Shown here one piece after another: positions 60,374 through 64,000 of a stretch of DNA of 64,000 bases (positions are counted from its first letter, which is position 1; the number at the start of each line of letters is the position of its first letter). The translations under genes were made by a program, and so were the position numbers. The notes under the pieces were generated by a model that did no database searches, was not told where the DNA came from, and saw nothing but the letters and a program-made list of their open reading frames with translations. The DNA is taken from assembly GCA_018825365.1 (NCBI GenBank), contig JAHJEV010000003.1, positions 108,670 through 172,669 on the forward strand. The letters run 5' to 3'. The stretch is from Patescibacteria group bacterium. GTDB lineage: Bacteria; Patescibacteriota; WWE3; UBA101185; UBA10185.

Positions 60374-60559
60374 TTACCTGTTATAAATAGTTTGGGTTCC
60401 GATAAGATCCCCCAACGTTACGTTTTTATAAATCCAATACGAGCAGACCAGGAACAAAACACATGCGAGTGCAAATGCTGTCTTTGAAGACAAAAATGAA
60501 TAGAGATTTTTCACAGCACTATTATCTATCAAATCAAGGGAATAAAAAAGACCCTTCAA
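60374..60559 (-). CDS. Small hypothetical membrane protein
   Basis: 61-aa ORF with one hydrophobic helix. Confidence 0.4.
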   Translation of the reverse strand: MKGLFYSLDLIDNSAVKNLYSFLSSKTAFALACVLFLVCSYWIYKNVTLGDLIGTQTIYNR

Positions 60560-60613
60560 TAAAAAGGGGGGCTACCATTGTGTGAGGAGTGTGAGGAGAT
60601 AAGTTCTTTAAAG

Positions 60614-61120
60614 CTACTTTTTAATAACCCTTTCTTTAATTCTTGTAGCCTGTTTTCCGATTCTTTCTCTTAAGTAATATAGCTTTGCCCTTCTAACTTT
60701 TCCTCTTTTTACCACCTTTAAAGACTCGATGTTAGGGGATGAGAGCGGAAATATTCTTTCAACTCCGATGCTGTTAGATGAAATTTTTCTGACAGTGAAT
60801 GTTTTTGAAATACCTGTACCTTTTCTTGCTATAACAATTCCTTGGTATGGTTGGATTCTTGTTTTATCGCCTTCAATAATTTTATAGTTTACCTTAACCG
60901 TATCCCCAACTCTAAAATCCTCAATTTTTGACTGACCTGATTTTACCGGTTCCTCCACAACTTCTTCTTCCTCAACTTCGGATTTCTCACCTTTAACGGT
61001 GGTTTCCTCTGCAGGTGTTTCGGAAATCGAAGAATCTTCCTGTTTTTCATCAACAGGTTCTTCTTTTGTTTCTTCTGCGTTTTCTTCAGTTTTTCCCAGA
61101 TCCTTCTTTTCTTCCGCCAT
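60614..61120 (-). CDS. rplS: 50S ribosomal protein L19 with acidic N-terminal extension
   Basis: [32 protein letters not shown]. Confidence 0.96.
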   Translation of the reverse strand: MAEEKKDLGKTEENAEETKEEPVDEKQEDSSISETPAEETTVKGEKSEVEEEEVVEEPVKSGQSKIEDFRVGDTVKVNYKIIEGDKTRIQPYQGIVIARKGTGISKTFTVRKISSNSIGVERIFPLSSPNIESLKVVKRGKVRRAKLYYLRERIGKQATRIKERVIKK

Positions 61121-61158
61121 AGCTGTGAAAGAGTAACAAATTTAGGTACTTTTTTCAA

Positions 61159-63264
61159 TTACATTTTTCTTGCAGCAACTTTTGCCGGTTTTAGTACATT
61201 AACATTCAGTCCGTTTCTTCCAAAGCTTGCCTTAACTCTATCGCCCTTTGTAACTTCGTTCTTGATTATCATACCGGACAAAACATTATCCAACTCCTTT
61301 TGAATAAGTCTCCTTAACGGTCTTGCTCCATAATCTTCACTGTAACCGGTTTCCGCAAGATATTTGATAGCAGAATCCGCTATTTCAACACTTATTCCTT
61401 GCTCTTTAAGCATTTCCTCTGTCTTTTTAACAAGCCTTTTTGTGATTTCTTTAATATCTTCTGGTGACAAAGTTGAGAAAATTACAATTTCATCAATTCT
61501 GTTTAGAAATTCGGGTCTGAACGAATCTTTCAAGATTTCCTGGACTCTCCTGTTAAAGTCTTCGTTGCTTTCGGAGTGTTTTTTTACACCTTTGTCAAAA
61601 CCTATTTCTGATCTCCTCAAAAATTCCGATCCAACATTTGAAGTCATGATCAAAATAGTGTTTTTGAAATCTACAGTTCTTCCCTTGCTGTCAGTTAGTC
61701 TTCCATCTTCCATTATTTGAAGCAATGTATTAAATGTATCCGGATGAGCTTTCTCAATTTCATCTAAAAGAATGACTGAGAAGGGTTTTCTTCTCACAAC
61801 ATCGGTTAACTGTCCTCCCTGGTCGTATCCGATATATCCTGGAGGAGCCCCAATAAGCTTACTTACCGAATGTTTTTCCATATACTCACTCATATCGATT
61901 CTTATCATCATATCCTCATCACCATACAAAGCCTCAGCCAATGCTTTTGCCAGTTCGGTTTTTCCTACTCCCGTTGGTCCCAAAAACAAAAATGCTCCGA
62001 TTGGTCTTTTTGGATCTTTAAGACCGGCCCTTGCCCTTCTTACAGCTTCAGACAAAATGGAAATAGCATTTTTTTGAGCAACAATTCTTTTTCCGATGGT
62101 TTGTTCAAGTTTCAAAAGTCTTTCTCTTTCAGCAACATTTAAACTTTCAAGGGGAATACCGGTTGCTCTGGAAACAACCTTATTTACTGCTTCGGCTCCA
62201 ACTTCCGGAATTTCTTCAAGTTTTGTTTTTGTCCATATTTCCAAAAGCTCAGCTTTCACCTTTTCCAAAACCTCTACTCTTTTTTTCAGTTTTGATTTTT
62301 CTTCACTAGTAAGATCTCTTTTTTTAAGTTTTTTATTTATCTCAGTAATTTCCTCCTCAACATTCTTCAAATTTTCCGGTTCTTTAACTTGAGAAAGCCT
62401 GATTAAGGCGCACGCTTCGTCAATAAGATCAATGGCCTTATCAGGTAAAAATCTATCGCTTATATATCTATCGCTCATCTTTACTGCCGCCTCAATTGCC
62501 GAATCCATTATTTTTACATTGTGGTGTTTCTCATACCTTTCCCTTAAACCTTCTAATATTTCTACCGTCTGATCGGTAGTTGGCTCATTAACCATTATGG
62601 GCTGAAACCTTCGCTCCAAAGCAGCGTCTCGTTCGATATATTTTCTGTAGTCATCAATTGTTGTTGCACCAACCATTTGAAGCTCGCCTCTTGAAAGCGC
62701 AGGTTTTAAGATATTTGCGGCATCCATTGAACCTTCCGCGCTGCCCGCTCCAACAACCGTATGAAGTTCATCAACAAAAAGAACGATCTGACCTGAGGAA
62801 TTAATAACTTCCTGAATAATATCCTTAAGTCTTTCTTCAAACATACCTCTGTGTGAAGTTCCGGCAATGACTGATGCTAAATCAAGCATAAAAACTCTTT
62901 TTCCTCTTAATGGTTCGGGAACAATTCCCTCAACTATTTTTTGAGCCAAACCTTCTACAATAGCTGTCTTTCCAACCCCGGGATCACCAATTAAAACAGG
63001 ATTGTTTTTTGTCCTTCTGGATAAAATATGGATTACCCGATCTATCTCGTCTTTTCTTCCGATAACCGGATCTAGTTTTCCCTCACGCGCCATTTGAGTT
63101 AAATCTTTGCCAAATTTATCAAGTTTTGAGGCAGTTTCTGAAGTTTCTTGCATTACCTCTTGGTAACAAATCTCACACAAAGCCATATAGACTTGTTTAC
63201 CGTCAATAATTCTTGTTATTGGTATTCTGGCGGGTCTTTGCCCGCATCTGTGACATAAGACCAT
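61159..63264 (-). CDS. Clp/Hsp100 ATPase with N-terminal zinc finger (ClpE-like)
   Basis: CHRC...CEIC; GDPGVGKT and GPTGVGKT Walker A; GAPPGYIG; FRPEFLNR. Confidence 0.92.
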   Translation of the reverse strand: MVLCHRCGQRPARIPITRIIDGKQVYMALCEICYQEVMQETSETASKLDKFGKDLTQMAREGKLDPVIGRKDEIDRVIHILSRRTKNNPVLIGDPGVGKTAIVEGLAQKIVEGIVPEPLRGKRVFMLDLASVIAGTSHRGMFEERLKDIIQEVINSSGQIVLFVDELHTVVGAGSAEGSMDAANILKPALSRGELQMVGATTIDDYRKYIERDAALERRFQPIMVNEPTTDQTVEILEGLRERYEKHHNVKIMDSAIEAAVKMSDRYISDRFLPDKAIDLIDEACALIRLSQVKEPENLKNVEEEITEINKKLKKRDLTSEEKSKLKKRVEVLEKVKAELLEIWTKTKLEEIPEVGAEAVNKVVSRATGIPLESLNVAERERLLKLEQTIGKRIVAQKNAISILSEAVRRARAGLKDPKRPIGAFLFLGPTGVGKTELAKALAEALYGDEDMMIRIDMSEYMEKHSVSKLIGAPPGYIGYDQGGQLTDVVRRKPFSVILLDEIEKAHPDTFNTLLQIMEDGRLTDSKGRTVDFKNTILIMTSNVGSEFLRRSEIGFDKGVKKHSESNEDFNRRVQEILKDSFRPEFLNRIDEIVIFSTLSPEDIKEITKRLVKKTEEMLKEQGISVEIADSAIKYLAETGYSEDYGARPLRRLIQKELDNVLSGMIIKNEVTKGDRVKASFGRNGLNVNVLKPAKVAARKM

Positions 63265-63310
63265 ACTACGAATACTAGCACTCTCAGCACGTGAGTGCAA
63301 GACCTATATA

Positions 63311-64000
63311 CTAATGCTCCCAAACATCACTTACAAAAGGCTCTGATAATATCGGTAGCTTCTTTATAAACAGTTCCGCAGCTCTGCACATTTCCTGTGA
63401 TTGTATCTTTGACCATTCTTCAGCCTGATCAGCTCTTACCTCACTTACAATTTCATCGTGAACCGTCAAAATAAGCCTCACGTCAAAACCTTTTTCCTTA
63501 ATTTTGTCATTCATAAAAACTAGTGCGTACTTAATAGCGTCAGCGTTAGTTCCTTGAATCGGGTGGTTTTTTGCCTGTCTTTCAATATGTCCTATTTTTC
63601 TTTGGTACTCTGGATCATCTTTTTCAGGTTTAATGTACCATCGTTTTCTACCGGCGGGAGTCGTGCTCCAACCATCTCTTACAGCCTGCCTTGCAACTCC
63701 ATCCAAAAATTTCCTAACTCCAGGGTAGAGTCTATAATATTTGTCGAGGTATTCCTTGCCTCTTTCAGCCGAAACTCCTATTTGCTTTGCCAAACTATTG
63801 GAGCCCCTTCCGTACATAAGTCCAAAATTTATTGATTTAGCGGCAAATCTTTCCAAGGGATGCTTTTTTGCAAAATCATCAGTAAGTTTAAGGTTAAACA
63901 TCAAAGCCGCAGTATGAGAGTGAACGTCAACTCCCTTTTTAAACGCGCCTATCAAAGCGGCGTCTCCCGAAAGATCAGCCATAATTCTCATTTCCATCGT
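63311..64000 (-). CDS. polA: DNA polymerase I / family A polymerase, 3' part
   Basis: EMRIMA, AKSINFGLMYG, NHPIQGTNAD, TVHDE; runs off the window. Confidence 0.88.
   Translation of the reverse strand, partial: TMEMRIMADLSGDAALIGAFKKGVDVHSHTAALMFNLKLTDDFAKKHPLERFAAKSINFGLMYGRGSNSLAKQIGVSAERGKEYLDKYYRLYPGVRKFLDGVARQAVRDGWSTTPAGRKRWYIKPEKDDPEYQRKIGHIERQAKNHPIQGTNADAIKYALVFMNDKIKEKGFDVRLILTVHDEIVSEVRADQAEEWSKIQSQEMCRAAELFIKKLPILSEPFVSDVWEH

Overview
AT-rich bacterial chromosome segment. Gene content, divergent proteins and start codons placed just after TGnTAnAAT boxes suggest a Patescibacteria/CPR genome, possibly WWE3/Microgenomates-like (inference only). It holds housekeeping genes (trpS, hisS, leuS, pyrH, upp, tmk, map, rsmI, rpmG, rplS, rarA, a ClpE-like ATPase, polA 3' part), a sugar-use cluster, several membrane glycosyltransferases, 12 canonical tRNAs, three frameshifted genes and several decayed remnants. 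Main observations: (1) the ~16 kb between tRNA-Tyr and tRNA-Gln is divided by four same-orientation ~31-bp repeats resembling the tRNA-Gln 3' end, consistent with a tandem att-junction cassette array. (2) The largest cassette is histidine-centred: hisS, a shrunken tRNA-His-like RNA that keeps G-1:C73 and CCA, hutH behind a His-rich leader that reads through a terminator (inverted attenuator), hutU, a GNAT, an M20 deacylase and an unknown enzyme. (3) A cloverleaf with an ochre (UUA) anticodon follows trpS. (4) Also present: tRNA-Leu(AAG), tRNA-Arg(UCG), a 6S-like RNA candidate, and a DUF3800-like gene with a convergent small RNA in a decayed tRNA-Glu element. All calls were made by eye; no database searches were run.
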